The notes under the pieces are model-generated. The model was not told the DNA's origin. It saw only the letters and a list, made by a program, of their open reading frames with translations, and ran no database searches. A stretch of DNA of 59,918 bases, the filler included, from Sphacelaria rigidula (taxonomy: Eukaryota), in NCBI GenBank assembly GCA_964200075.2. It is 9 parts of 9 records of this genome, joined end to end, with 100 filler letters (N's around TTAATTAATTAA, not from the genome) between each part and the next. Parts side by side here need not be neighbours in the genome. Positions count along the whole stretch, not along the records: positions 1 to 6,569 come from CAXNAA020019299.1; positions 6,670 to 13,238 come from CAXNAA020019300.1; 7 more parts are not named here. One strand, given 5' to 3'. Shown here piece after piece: positions 1 through 13,338 of the stretch. Within the stretch, counting starts at the first letter, position 1. Every line of letters starts with the position of its first letter. Both the position numbers and the translations under genes were made by a program.

Positions 1-2481
1 CCGGTGATGAGATATTGCTCTGCCAGGTTAAATCCGTTTCTGGGCTGGCCCATCTCGTACAAAAGCTTGAAAGGACGTACGAGATGGTACAGAAGAAAAA
101 AGAGGAAGTCTGGGAAGATGTAGTGAAAAAAACAAATGAAGATTTTGATGGCGGGATGAAACAAATGTGGGTAGGGATAAAAGCAACTGCGGGGAACAAG
201 GCAGGACAGATGGACAACAGGATAGCCACACTCCGGGCACAGAGCGGTAAATTGGTCAGTAGTTCAAAGGGAAGGAGAGAAGAGTCGAGAACCACCGTAA
301 ACTAGGAGCACCGACAACTAACACGAAGCTCGACACGGAATTCTAGAATGGAATCAACAGGTGGGCAGAGGCAAACGTAAAGACTTCCAAACGGGAGAAT
401 AGAGGCTCGACAGAATTGCAGAGATAATTTACCAGAGATGAAGTAAAGAGGTGCGTAGCCAAACTCACGAACGGCAGCAGAGGCAGACAGAATATTGAAT
501 ACATTTCTCAAGTACGGGGGAGAGGGAATGATTACAGTGATTATGCTGTAACTGGATTTGGTAAAAAAAAGTACACACCCAAGAGGTGGAGAGAAGGAGT
601 AGTCGTCAATCTTCTCAAAAAAGAGACGAGGCTGACCCAGGACAATGTAGAGGGATAATGCTACTGAGCACGGTAGGGAAAACGTTCTAAGATTGTGAAT
701 GATAGAGTAGGAGCGATGCTAGAAAAGGAAGACAAAATCAGCGAGGGGCAAGCAGGTTTTAGACCACACCGTAGTTGCGTAGACCATGGGTACACACTAG
801 GTGAGATTATTCAGGGTAGGANNNNNNNNNNGGACAACGTACTGTTTCTTTCTGGACGTGCGAGAGGCTTATGACACAGTATGGAGAAATGGGTTGTGGA
901 ATAAGTTGTGGGAAGCTGAAATCAGGGGAAAGATATGGAGAAAGGTGAAGAAGATGACACAATGTGCCAAAAGTGCTAAAATGCTAGACGGGGAAATATC
1001 GAACTATTTTGATATTTAACAAGGATGTACGTTATCACCTACTTTGTTCAAGATGCTTGTTAATGACCTGATAGTAGCAATAGAAGCAGCAAGTCAAGGA
1101 GTCGAGGTGGGTGAAGATACGGTATCAGGATTGATGTTCGCAGATGATTTTGTGAGGTTGTCAGGAATACCAGAAGGACGACAGAAACAGATGGTCAAGG
1201 CGCTAGAATACACAATGAAATGGAGAGTGACAGTGAACGTCAACAAATGCGCGGTACTCGTCTGTAACGAAGATAAGAATAATCCGGCAAAGTTCCAGTG
1301 GAAGTGGAAAGAAAAGGAACTGCCGATCGTAGACCAGTATGCATACCTTGGCGTAGAGATCTCATAAAACTGTTCTTGGGATGCACACATAAATTAGGTA
1401 ATAAAAAAAGGTAAGGCATAGATAGGCAGGATGGAGGTGATCCTCAGGGATTCGCACCTAGACATTGGGATCTAGCGATGCATCCTGATGAAAGTGATCG
1501 TACCAAAGCTGGAATATGCACGAGGAGTATGGGAGGGGAACGTGAAGTTGGCGAAGAAGTTGGAAACAGTACAGATTGGAGCAGCCAAGAAGATACTTGG
1601 ATACTCGAAAACGGCGAGTAATACAGTTTTGAGAGCAGAGTTGGGAATGTACTCCCTTGAAACAAACAGAGGCATGAGGAAATTGCGATGGCAGTATAGC
1701 GTAAAGAACATGCAGAGACAGAGATTGCTAGCTATAGCTGATACGGCTGTATCGAAGAAAAACGGGCTGGAATAAGGTGGGATAGAGAGGTCGAGAAAGT
1801 GTAGAAGGAGATAGGAGGAAACCAAGACGAAATGCTGTCCATAGGTGAAGGCGCGGGGTACAAGACAAGAGTAAAGAGACACGATAGAACAAAGGGAAAG
1901 AGGAGCGCTCAGACGCAAGGTAGGCAAGGAAGAAAACCTGGAGATATACGGGTGGTCGGGAGATGAGATGGGAATGACAGCATATTCGCATGGCCCAATG
2001 GACGCTGCGAAAAAAGTGCAACTGCGATTTGGGGTGGGGAACCTGGACCTGCCAGAAAGAAGAAAGAGATATATCAGTCGTCAAGAGGAGGAGGAAGTAG
2101 ATGCACAGAACTGCTCCTGTGGCGAAGCAATAGAGGGCAGGAGTCATATAGTGGCAGAGATGTGAATTATGCAAGAAGGAACGCAACGGGCTAGAGGGGG
2201 AAATGCGGGACGTGAACGAAGGTGGCACGAAATCGTTTGATGCATTAGACAGTCAGGAGAAAACGATGGCTATACTAGGAGATAGACGGTTGCCCGAGAC
2301 GGCGAAACAAGACGGGGATAAGATGTGTCGAAGGCTTTTGTGCAATGTGTGGAAGAAACGTAATGGGCGCCGGAATGTTGAAGATGTCTCTATTTGCAGT
2401 AGGGACTGTGCTCCGTCTCGAAAGGGATGCATGGTCGCAATGATCAAACGACTAGGGCAAGCAACAAATGAGTACGCCCCC
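1..2481 (+). mobile_element. Decayed non-LTR retrotransposon (LINE), 3' portion: RT, C-terminal Cys/His region, 3' end; clade not determined
   Basis: Fragmented + strand ORFs carry RT motifs FFLDVREAYDTVWRNGLW (801-1019), GLMFADD and YAYLGV (1044-1367), and a C-x-C...H...C-like tail (NCSCGEAIEGRSHIVAE, then frameshift). There are many stops and frameshifts. It ends at GAGTACGCCCCC (2470-2481), a terminus found at several other sites in the window. Confidence 0.9.
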
Positions 2482-2630
2482 TCCGCCGCCGTCTTGAAAA
2501 AGTGTGGTCGAGGGTACGACCTCAGTCTCTAATTATCAGTTGGGTACTCTCAAGACGTCCCAGGCGCAGGCTGTTTTTTATGTCACGTTGAAGTTTTGTG
2601 TAATGTCTCGTGTGTGTGGTACTATTGTAG

Positions 2631-4477
<1,847 letters not shown>

Positions 4478-6569
4478 GTTACGAACAAGTATACCCATCC
4501 GCTCTCGTTGCACTTTTTTTTCCGCACGACTATCCAACCTTTTTCTTCATCAGCCACGGTGTAGGGTCATGTGGGGGTTTCGGAATATTTTTTCGAATGA
4601 AGTGATACTGTCAAGCAGGGGAGGCCGCCTGCTGGAGATGAAAAGGCTGGTTGGTGGTGTATTGCTCATGTTGTTCGGTTGTACTCTACGTACACTGCTG
4701 CACATGATATGTGATTTTTCAATCCTTGGGAGAATGAATGTGGGTCCGTCGTGGGGAAAGAAAAAAAATTAATATGCTGACAAGCGTTTTGTAAAAAAAA
4801 AAAAGTCATGTGTCGATTGTCTCTGGTTTACGTTACACCCAAAGTAGTCTAATCAAGGCAAGAGTAGGGTGAATGATGATTCGCCTGAAACTTCCTTACT
4901 TTTAGTGTAACTGATTCGTATCAAATGCATCAATTCTTGGGCTTTACTTTTCAGCGTCGCGCTCCCTATTAAGCGCACCCCCGGGCACACGGTACTGTTA
5001 GACCGCAACATTTGAGTCGAGACATTTTTGGACCCGCGTTCAATGTTCTTCGCTTTTCCCAACAATCAGGCTCGTAGCCAAATGATACAAAGCAGTACGG
5101 TTTCAGTATAATCGCATACATGATTGGAGCAGTGGCATTGGACAGGGAATCCTGGATTGATGGCCCTTTTCTCTGTGGGCCCTTGCTGTCTGGCTCGTGA
5201 TTTGATGAGGATCACTCCGAGATAATAACAAGTTAAAAGAAACGACATGTCAAGCACGAGGCCAGTAATACTGGAGGAGTCCCTCGTTGAAAGTCGTCTT
5301 GTCCAGATCGTCTGGCAGAGGCTACAGGCTCCAGATATCGGAGATTTGGTGATCTGAACCAGTGATGAATCTTCCACGGTTCAGACGAATCAACGCCGGT
5401 TTGAATAACCAAATCATCCATGATTTTTCAGGCCTGATTGCACGAAAGAGAAACAAAAGTTGACCGCTGGTCGAAAAGGTCTCCACGCAATTTTTGCGCC
5501 ATACATGCCATGTTCCTGGGCTGCGCGTACCTGGGTTGCAAAGCTGAAAACAAAGCTCAAGGATTGCTTCGTACGGTACGATAAAATAAAATATTTTACA
5601 GACGAATCAGTAATTCCTCCGACCCTTGAAAGATGGCAGTTTTTTTTTTTTCGGGGGAGGGGGGGGGATGCGGCCTGGCAGAGCCAAGAAACGTTCATTC
5701 CTTTGACACACGCACGACAACTATTTCAGTTTCCCGAATCAGCTAGATGTAAGTTTATCGCTGTGAACTACAAACTAACCTGCTGATGCACGCTCTACTG
5801 CTTGAGAAAAGAATGTACTCCATAATATATAACCTCGACAACGGAACCAGTTTCTGCTGCTGAAGAAAGCAAGTTTTTGCCGGGATTCGAGCTCGTGATG
5901 TTCCGTCTTTGCTCGAGTCTTGTGCCCCAGTTACATATTCGGGTACAGGCTTATGTATACACCAAGAGTGGAATGCCATGCTAAAATTGAGGAGGTTTAA
6001 GCCGACAGTTTATGCTACAAAGACGTCCCTTCCTTGTTTCTACCTGCAAGTTGAAAATCCTACACGGCAGCAGCGTTTTTTTTTTCTTTTCCCATCGACT
6101 TCAGGCATTCATTCTACATAAAAAGAGGAGAAGCAAATTGCATTAAACACCCATGTTTTTCCTTTGTTGGCTGCTTCGGCTATACTTTCACCGTGCCGAT
6201 AAAAAAAACTCGTCAAAATTTCAGGCTCTAACTGCTCAACTTACGGATGGCAAAGCTGCTCAACCCCTGATGGGAATTGTTGGCTGGCCAAGCTCGTAGT
6301 CTTTGACCCGGAAATAAATGGAACGGAATATGTCATCCGTGTCCGTGGTATGTTTTTTTTTCACATCGCCAGTGATATTTTTTGTTCCAACATTATTATT
6401 GTCTTTCCCTTGTCCAAAAAATAAAATCCTGAAAATAAATCCGACCAACCATCCAAGGGTCGGACAAATCAATGATTCGTCCGAAAATTACTTGGTTTTA
6501 GCATGACGAGTCGACACGTGACGAATCAGTCCCTAGGGTTTGTTTTCAGCGTTGCAACCCAGGTACACG

Positions 6570-6669
6570 NNNNNNNNNNNNNNNNNNNNNNNNNNNNNNN
6601 NNNNNNNNNNNNNTTAATTAATTAANNNNNNNNNNNNNNNNNNNNNNNNNNNNNNNNNNNNNNNNNNNN
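6570..6669. other. Artificial contig linker (N44-TTAATTAATTAA-N44)
   Basis: A 12-mer with stops in all six frames, flanked by 44 Ns on each side. The identical linker recurs every 6668-6669 bp. Confidence 0.98.
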
Positions 6670-7569
6670 AGATTTTAATCCCCCGGGTTCTCATCCTCAA
6701 TCAAAAGCACCATCCTCAACATAGATGATTGGCTGTTTACGCTGGGAGACCTTGACTACGCCAATTTTGATGGAAAATAAAGCAATATATCCCAATTTTC
6801 TTGCCTCCAACGGCCACTCCCGCGGGGCCCCCTCACGAGCCGGGGGGCGGGGGGGGGGGCGCGTTTGGGGCTCGCACAGCGAGCGGACTCGCTGCGCTCG
6901 CCGCGATTCGGCTTCGCCGAAATTGATCGTAATTGATCTTTATCGAACGCTGAAAAAGTCGATAATATCGTGTCGATGTGCGAAGCAGTTCGATATCCAA
7001 CACTGCTGGTTAGCGTTAGGGTTGGCGGCACCTCCATAATACCAACCGCCATCATTGTGTAAGCTATTATTGTTGCGGATGGCGGACAAATCCTGCGGTT
7101 GCTCACTGTGGGCGACGTCCCCGTTCCTACTTCTCGTTCACAGACTGAAGACGAAAAATTACGGTTTGCGCTGCTTCCTTGCCAAAGTGCCACCGAGGTG
7201 TGCGCACGGCCGCATCTTCTCGCAGATCCCCACCCCTCACGGATCTTTCTCACAGCAAGACCAGGTCGCACATCTCACTCGCAGGTTCCTGACGTCATTT
7301 TCCAATTCGGGTTCCTCTAGGCGCTTATCGAAGTAGGCACCACCCTCAGCAGCTAGCCATTGGAGGCTGCATTACCCCGTCGAAGGGCGACGTTTTCGTG
7401 TTACGGTGACTACTTCTTGGTTGAAACCTTCAACCTTGCATCTGTCGACTACGGGTCTGAAACGGGCTAATGTGGGAACAAGTAAAACACCGGTCAACTG
7501 AGGTGGGCTGGTAATGTTTCGTGAAGTAACAGGTCATCTCTACTCACGTTCGTTACTAGCGACGACACG

Positions 7570-10500
7570 ATGATCACTAGGATATCATTATTGGTGGGTG
7601 TCTCTATTTCTGCGGTTGGCCAAGCATTCGTCGCCACACCAGGTGTAACATCATCAACACGCACATTTCGCTCATTAGACACGAGCGCCAGCACCACAGG
7701 CGGCGTATTTCCGTTTCATGCTGATGCTGGGCGCTGCTTCGCGAGGCCTGCTCGGTGTACAAGAAGAGGGCGTGGTGATGGTTTTAATCTTCGCATGATG
7801 TCTCAATCGGTGCAAATTGAGGACCTTTGCTTGACCCCGCAGCTCGAGCAAATGACGAAAGCGTTCAGCGCTGCGCCTAGTGACCAGGTCCGGCACGTCC
7901 AGTTGCTGGACATGGCCGGTATGGCGCCGCCTATCGACCCCGCGAAAAAGACTGAAGACAACGTAGTGCCCGGGTAAGAGGTCCAGGCTTTTGGAGAATC
8001 TTGATGGTTAGCGAGTCAGGTCGGAATTTAAATGTCTTTTTTTCTTCAGCTGTCGATGTGCTTGGGCTTGTATTTCTGTGATGATTCGATGCAAGGCGCA
8101 ACATGTGTTGAAAATACCCATAGAGTTGAGCGGTGCAGTTCTACTGTATATCCCGTACACTCATCTTCATGTTCTCTTTTTCACCAGTTGGACGCCGCGT
8201 TTTTTTTTTTTACACCCCCGTAATGAAGATATGATGCAATTAACGAAACCTGATGATAACTTGTAACTTGCCTTGCCTTCGGTGATGAAAATTGAAGCAT
8301 GATCAATGCAGTATTGTACAGCACAGTGCACAGCACGTGATCATTTTCGAATACAGTACGATGATCTGGACAGCACAAAATATAGGTGAAGATCAATATC
8401 AACTTGAACAGGGTGTTGATTTCTCAGTAAAGCCGGACAGGTTTTTGATTGTGCAATTTTAGATTGTGAACCGAATAGTAATATTTGTGAATGTTAACAA
8501 TTTAATCTGTATAGTAGCTACAGTATGTGATATAATGTAGAAGATGCTAGACCCAATTCTGCCGGCCACAGAGCGCACTTGAAAATGACAAAAGCGTTGA
8601 AGCGTTCAAATCCAAGTGTCAATTTTTACCAATGCCCTTGTCATGTTTCACCTGTGATTCGAAACACAACGAGGGCCAAAACCCGCGTTGAGCGAACGCG
8701 TCAGCTAAGCTGCTTCACATGCCAGCACAATGTATCAGCATGATGTCCTTGCGTCTGAGATCGGTTGTGTCAAGATGTGCCTCAGAACTGCTGTGATCGA
8801 AATCGATTTCCAACTTCAGAGCGGATTATCGTTAGCCACCGGCCCTGACTGCGCTTCTTCTCAACAAGCGAAACGAATGTTGTAGAGCTGCACAGAGATC
8901 GCGCGGAACTATTGCGGTGCGTTTTCCTACAGCTGAGTAAGCATGGAAGGGCTGGTATGACCAGGCACGAATCGGCGCAGGCGGTAGTTGGCCCAATAGG
9001 TGATGTTTGTCATACCTGTACGTTGCGTTTTCGAGCGAATTTCCCGAAGATTTGAAACCTCAAATACATCGCTCCGTCGATCGTCGTGATGCAAAAACGC
9101 CAAGCGTTTCGCGTGGATATGCTATGATCCCCTGAGTATGTGTATCCCGCTGATGTTGTGGTACATAAACGAACTCACAGTCGAATATATTCACCATAAT
9201 AGATGACACGGGTCGATTTACTGAAGCATGGCTCATGGCCAACAATCCAATCCAAAAGTCTTGGCCTACGTCCCGCACGTACGGAGGCGTGCGTCGTCGT
9301 GTGAACGAAAAAAATATCATCAGGCGCAACACTGACCGATGGACGCCATATCCAGTCAGTCCATGATAACATGATATCCCTGCGCGGTACACAAGCTTGG
9401 GCACCGCGGCAGGACAGTCTTGCAGTTTCAGTCGGCAAGGCACCATCGCCCGTTTTACGTTGGCTTTATGTACACCAACAACGAGTGAGTATTCTCTACG
9501 TGTGTACCGACGACTGGTGGTTCTGGTCTGACCCGACGTTATCTGCCCGGAATTATGTCCTGATCGCGCGCAGATGTCTCTCGCGAGTGTACGTTGCGGC
9601 AGAGGCTAAGAACGGCCTCATCTACTATACCGTCGACTCGGACTCGATGCTCACCAAGGGACTGGCGGCGGTTCTAGCTCAAGGACTCTCCGGCAACTCC
9701 GCCGAAGCCATTCAGTTGGTGAAGCCGTACTTCGTGAAGATGGCTGGTATCTCCACCAGCCTTACACCCGGGTGCGTATTTTTGTGGTCTGTATGATTCA
9801 GCTGCCTTCGACGCGGAACTTTTCGACTTGGGCAGGTTGTGCTGTGCACGTGCCGTACAATGTTTATACACACCGTTGCCGTTGCCGTTGTCGTGTGGAT
9901 CATTCAGTCTGTAACCCTGGCTTTAACGGGAGTGCACGTCCCAATGCGGGAGTCGGCTGTGCACCGCACACACTTCTTCATGCGCACTTCGGCATGTGGT
10001 TGGCTACGAACACGTCCCAATCGCTCTCTGCACGTTCCACAGCGTACCTACGTGTTTCTCTGTTTCCTCCAGGGGTTCAAGTAAATCACGTTTCGCATTG
10101 TGTTTTGGTTATTGTCTTCAATAAACGCAAAACAAATACTTGGTTGCACGTGTGCTCGTCGATGGTGCCGGCAGACGGACGAATGGCTTCCTCAACATGC
10201 TGGCGGTCATGAAAGCGAAGGCGAAAAGCTTGGCAGAGGAGGCAGAGGAGGCAGAGCGACAAGGTGGGGGAGAAGAGCAGGGACAGTCAAGCACGCCCAT
10301 GGCGGACAAGATCACGGAAAGGTGAAATGCCACGCTGTTTTTTTTATTTGTATTCGGTTCCCACGCATGTAAAGTATCTCCAGTGATGATTGGAAAAAAC
10401 GTCCCGAGATGAAGATGGCTATTCTTTCATCTTGTAAAAAAAATGTGACTTGTTCAGTAGATTGTAGAATTGAAGGCTACAGCGTTCAGTCCTCTTGTCA

Positions 10501-12946
10501 GGTTGTTGTACGTGTCCCGTAAGGTGCTGCCCGAAAAATGGAAGAGGTAAATGCTTCTTTCGTTGGCTGTGGGTTTCAAGTACCGAAAATTTTGGATTTC
10601 GAGCATTTTTTAGTTTCCGTCGTGCTTTCGGTCAGATGGCTGTAGAGCTACACGAGAGCGCTAGAACGAAGGCGACCGGATATCTTCGACGCGCTTCACG
10701 TTGTCATCTCCCGGTTGTCAGGTTGTCATAGCTGGATTTTGTACACTCTATGACCCCCAGCCTCCTCCAAATCGCCCAATATTAATTGTGGTAAAAATGA
10801 GCTTCGCATCTGCTGTTTTTCTAGTGGCACAATCTGAAGAGGTGGATGCTGGATGTATGGAAAATAGTACAAGGGGATCTCCGTCCGTTTTTTCTGGACA
10901 ACCGCTTGGGTTGTATGTTTCTGTATGCTGAGTGGGCGGTACCGTACACGCTGTCACGAGCAGGCAAGTGGTATACGCTGGCTCTGTACCACTCCTGCTG
11001 CGATGTAATCAAGCTGCATACTCTCCACCTTGCTTTGGCAGTCTTGATACATTGAAGGCCTTGCTGGCGCACCTCCTGAATGTTTTGGTGTTGGACTGCG
11101 TGTCACATTATCTCAGGCTTACTCTATTGTACCGCGTTACTGCTGTGCAGTGTACCGTACATGCGGACTTTTTTCATCAGCAGCGAAGTGCAAAACACAG
11201 TACAGGAGCACAGTGCCCTGGCGTTCCACTGCACACATACACACTATACACTAGTTCTATCTCTGCTCGATATTATGCAACAACAGTGCGCAGCTCTTGA
11301 CAACATAAGAGAGGGTAGAAAGGTGGCAAAAACGATGCAGAGAGCAAAGAGCAGCCTTTGTGTGTGTATGTGTGTGTCTATGGTTGAAGGCAAGATGGTA
11401 GAATACAGCTTCACATCCAGGTAGGCGATATTAGGCGATTTGTAGAGAGCTTAGTGGATCATTCCATCAGTCACAACTATCTCAACAATCAAAATGGCTA
11501 CCCCACCCCTCTTCAAGCCTGTTGCCCGACCTGCGCGCATGGTTGATGTGGAAGCATTCGCTGAATATTGGGAAACCTGCACGCCCCCCCGTCAAAACAT
11601 TAAAATCCTTGGACTGTCAGCCGGTGAAACTATTCCGAAACGGTGCCGGAGGTCGAAGGGGTAACGATCGTGGTAGAGATGGCACCTAGAACTGAACATT
11701 CGTGACGCTTGATACGATGAATATTCATGTTTTGTAGTTTTCGAATAGCTGAATACTACACACGCAAAATAACTCACGATGGCACTGAAGATGAAGCCCG
11801 AACGCTGTTCTGTTTCGCATCCCAAGTATTATACTGTTGGATGCGAACAACAAAGTCAGTTGGAAGTACTTGGAAATTTGGAATAAAGAAATGAAGGACT
11901 TTGAGTTTCGAGTGGCGAAAAAGTTTGTTCTTCTTGAGTAGGAAGCCTTTGGGCTCTTCCCCTTAGTCAGCCGAGGCGTCATAGCAGCTGCGCAAACGGT
12001 CATCGCTAATAACCATTTTTTTCGCTCATCTAACATCGACGACCCAGTCGCCGTCTGCACGACCCAGTAGGTAATGCTTCCCACTAATGGTGGCACAGCC
12101 GGGTGTACGTCATGTGAAATATCGGCGGTTCCGGCCGGAAAGCACCATTATAAAGCAAGCGGTGAGGCTCAAGAAGTCGATGATATCATGTGGCAGTCGC
12201 GGCCCTTCGGAAACCTCTCATCAGCGTGACTGCAAGTATACCACATATACACACATGGTCCGTATGGCAAACGCAGCTTGTATTCATGACCAGAATAGGA
12301 GTTGCTCTGTGCCCTGTTTCCCATTAGAACTCTTCTTGAGACGGGTGCAAATCGCATCCCCACAAATTGATTGAAACCGACAGCGAAACACCCTGGCAAA
12401 GGAAAGTAAGTTCGTCTTGAGTAAAATTCGCTTAAAAGGTACCCGAGCTACCGAAAAGAACGCTGCTGTCGCTCCTTCCCTCTGGAACGTCCGAACCTGT
12501 CACTACAGCTTAGTACAGCTTGGCTACCCACCGTGACGTCTGTAGCGAGCACGTTTATACCAAAAGTGTCCGTTCTTCATTTATTTGTGTTGCGCATGTG
12601 AAAGGTTTCGTAGACGGCATTCGACTCGACCAAGCGGACGACGGAGTTACGCATGATATTTTTACTTTTACTTGACAAAAACATCCACACCGTCTGCCCT
12701 GTTCGCATCTAAACTATTCCGACCGATTCGGTCAGGTTGCAAGTGCTAGATCCCGTTCGTGTATCGATCGAGGACGAATCAGGCGGGGAGGAGCAGAAGT
12801 TGGTGGTACAGGTGGTGAGCACGGAGTTCGAGGGCTTGAATACCCTCAAGCGCCACCGAAAGGTGTACGGTCTGCTGGAAGATGAGATGAAGGTCGTGCA
12901 CGCCGTCACACTCCTAACCAAGACCCCCGAAGAAGTAGGCTTGTAG
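7570..12946 (+). CDS. SUFE1: Plastid-targeted SufE-BolA fusion protein (SufE1-like), complete: join(7570..7973,9574..9771,10175..10321,12736..12946), 319 aa
   Basis: Three GT-AG phase-2 introns splice in frame (960 nt). The N-terminus is a hydrophobic signal peptide ending GQA-F, followed by a Ser/Thr/Arg-rich transit peptide. SufE motifs are VPGCLSRVYV, DSDSMLTKGLAAVL and LTPGRTNGFLNML. An acidic linker leads to a BolA domain, VVSTEFEGLNTLKRHRKVYGLL...VHAVTLLTKTPEE. Confidence 0.93.
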
Positions 12947-13238
12947 TTTTATCTGAACGACGCGTTTCCCAGCCTGCAGTATGTAAGCATGTATCCCAGA
13001 TCGACTGGCATGTGCTGGGTGCTATATGCCCCAGCAGTTGTTGTTTCGGAGCTAGTTGTCAAGGAAGCACAGGCTAGAGACAAGGATGAGTCCGGCGTAG
13101 CTGGTGATTGAGCTGTTTGTCACTCGTGGGGCCTCTGCCTCGTACTTCAGTGGGAACCTGATGGGACACTTTCTACGATAGCCCCCCCCCAAAAAGTGCA
13201 TGGTTTTGGAAGGCAAAATCTTCGCGTAAATCGAACTG

Positions 13239-13338
13239 NNNNNNNNNNNNNNNNNNNNNNNNNNNNNNNNNNNNNNNNNNNNTTAATTAATTAANNNNNN
13301 NNNNNNNNNNNNNNNNNNNNNNNNNNNNNNNNNNNNNN
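13239..13338. other. Artificial contig linker
   Basis: N44-TTAATTAATTAA-N44. Confidence 0.98.

Noticed and set aside
2540..2569. Candidate extra upstream exon of the aminopropyltransferase (LGTLKTSQAQ)
   Set aside because: It needs a GC donor and matches the expected family sequence poorly.
11590..12100. Possible PIF/Harbinger transposase relic in SufE intron 3 (FISLFQISK, DLRHRFGI)
   Set aside because: The resemblance is too weak, and no catalytic motifs or TIRs were found.
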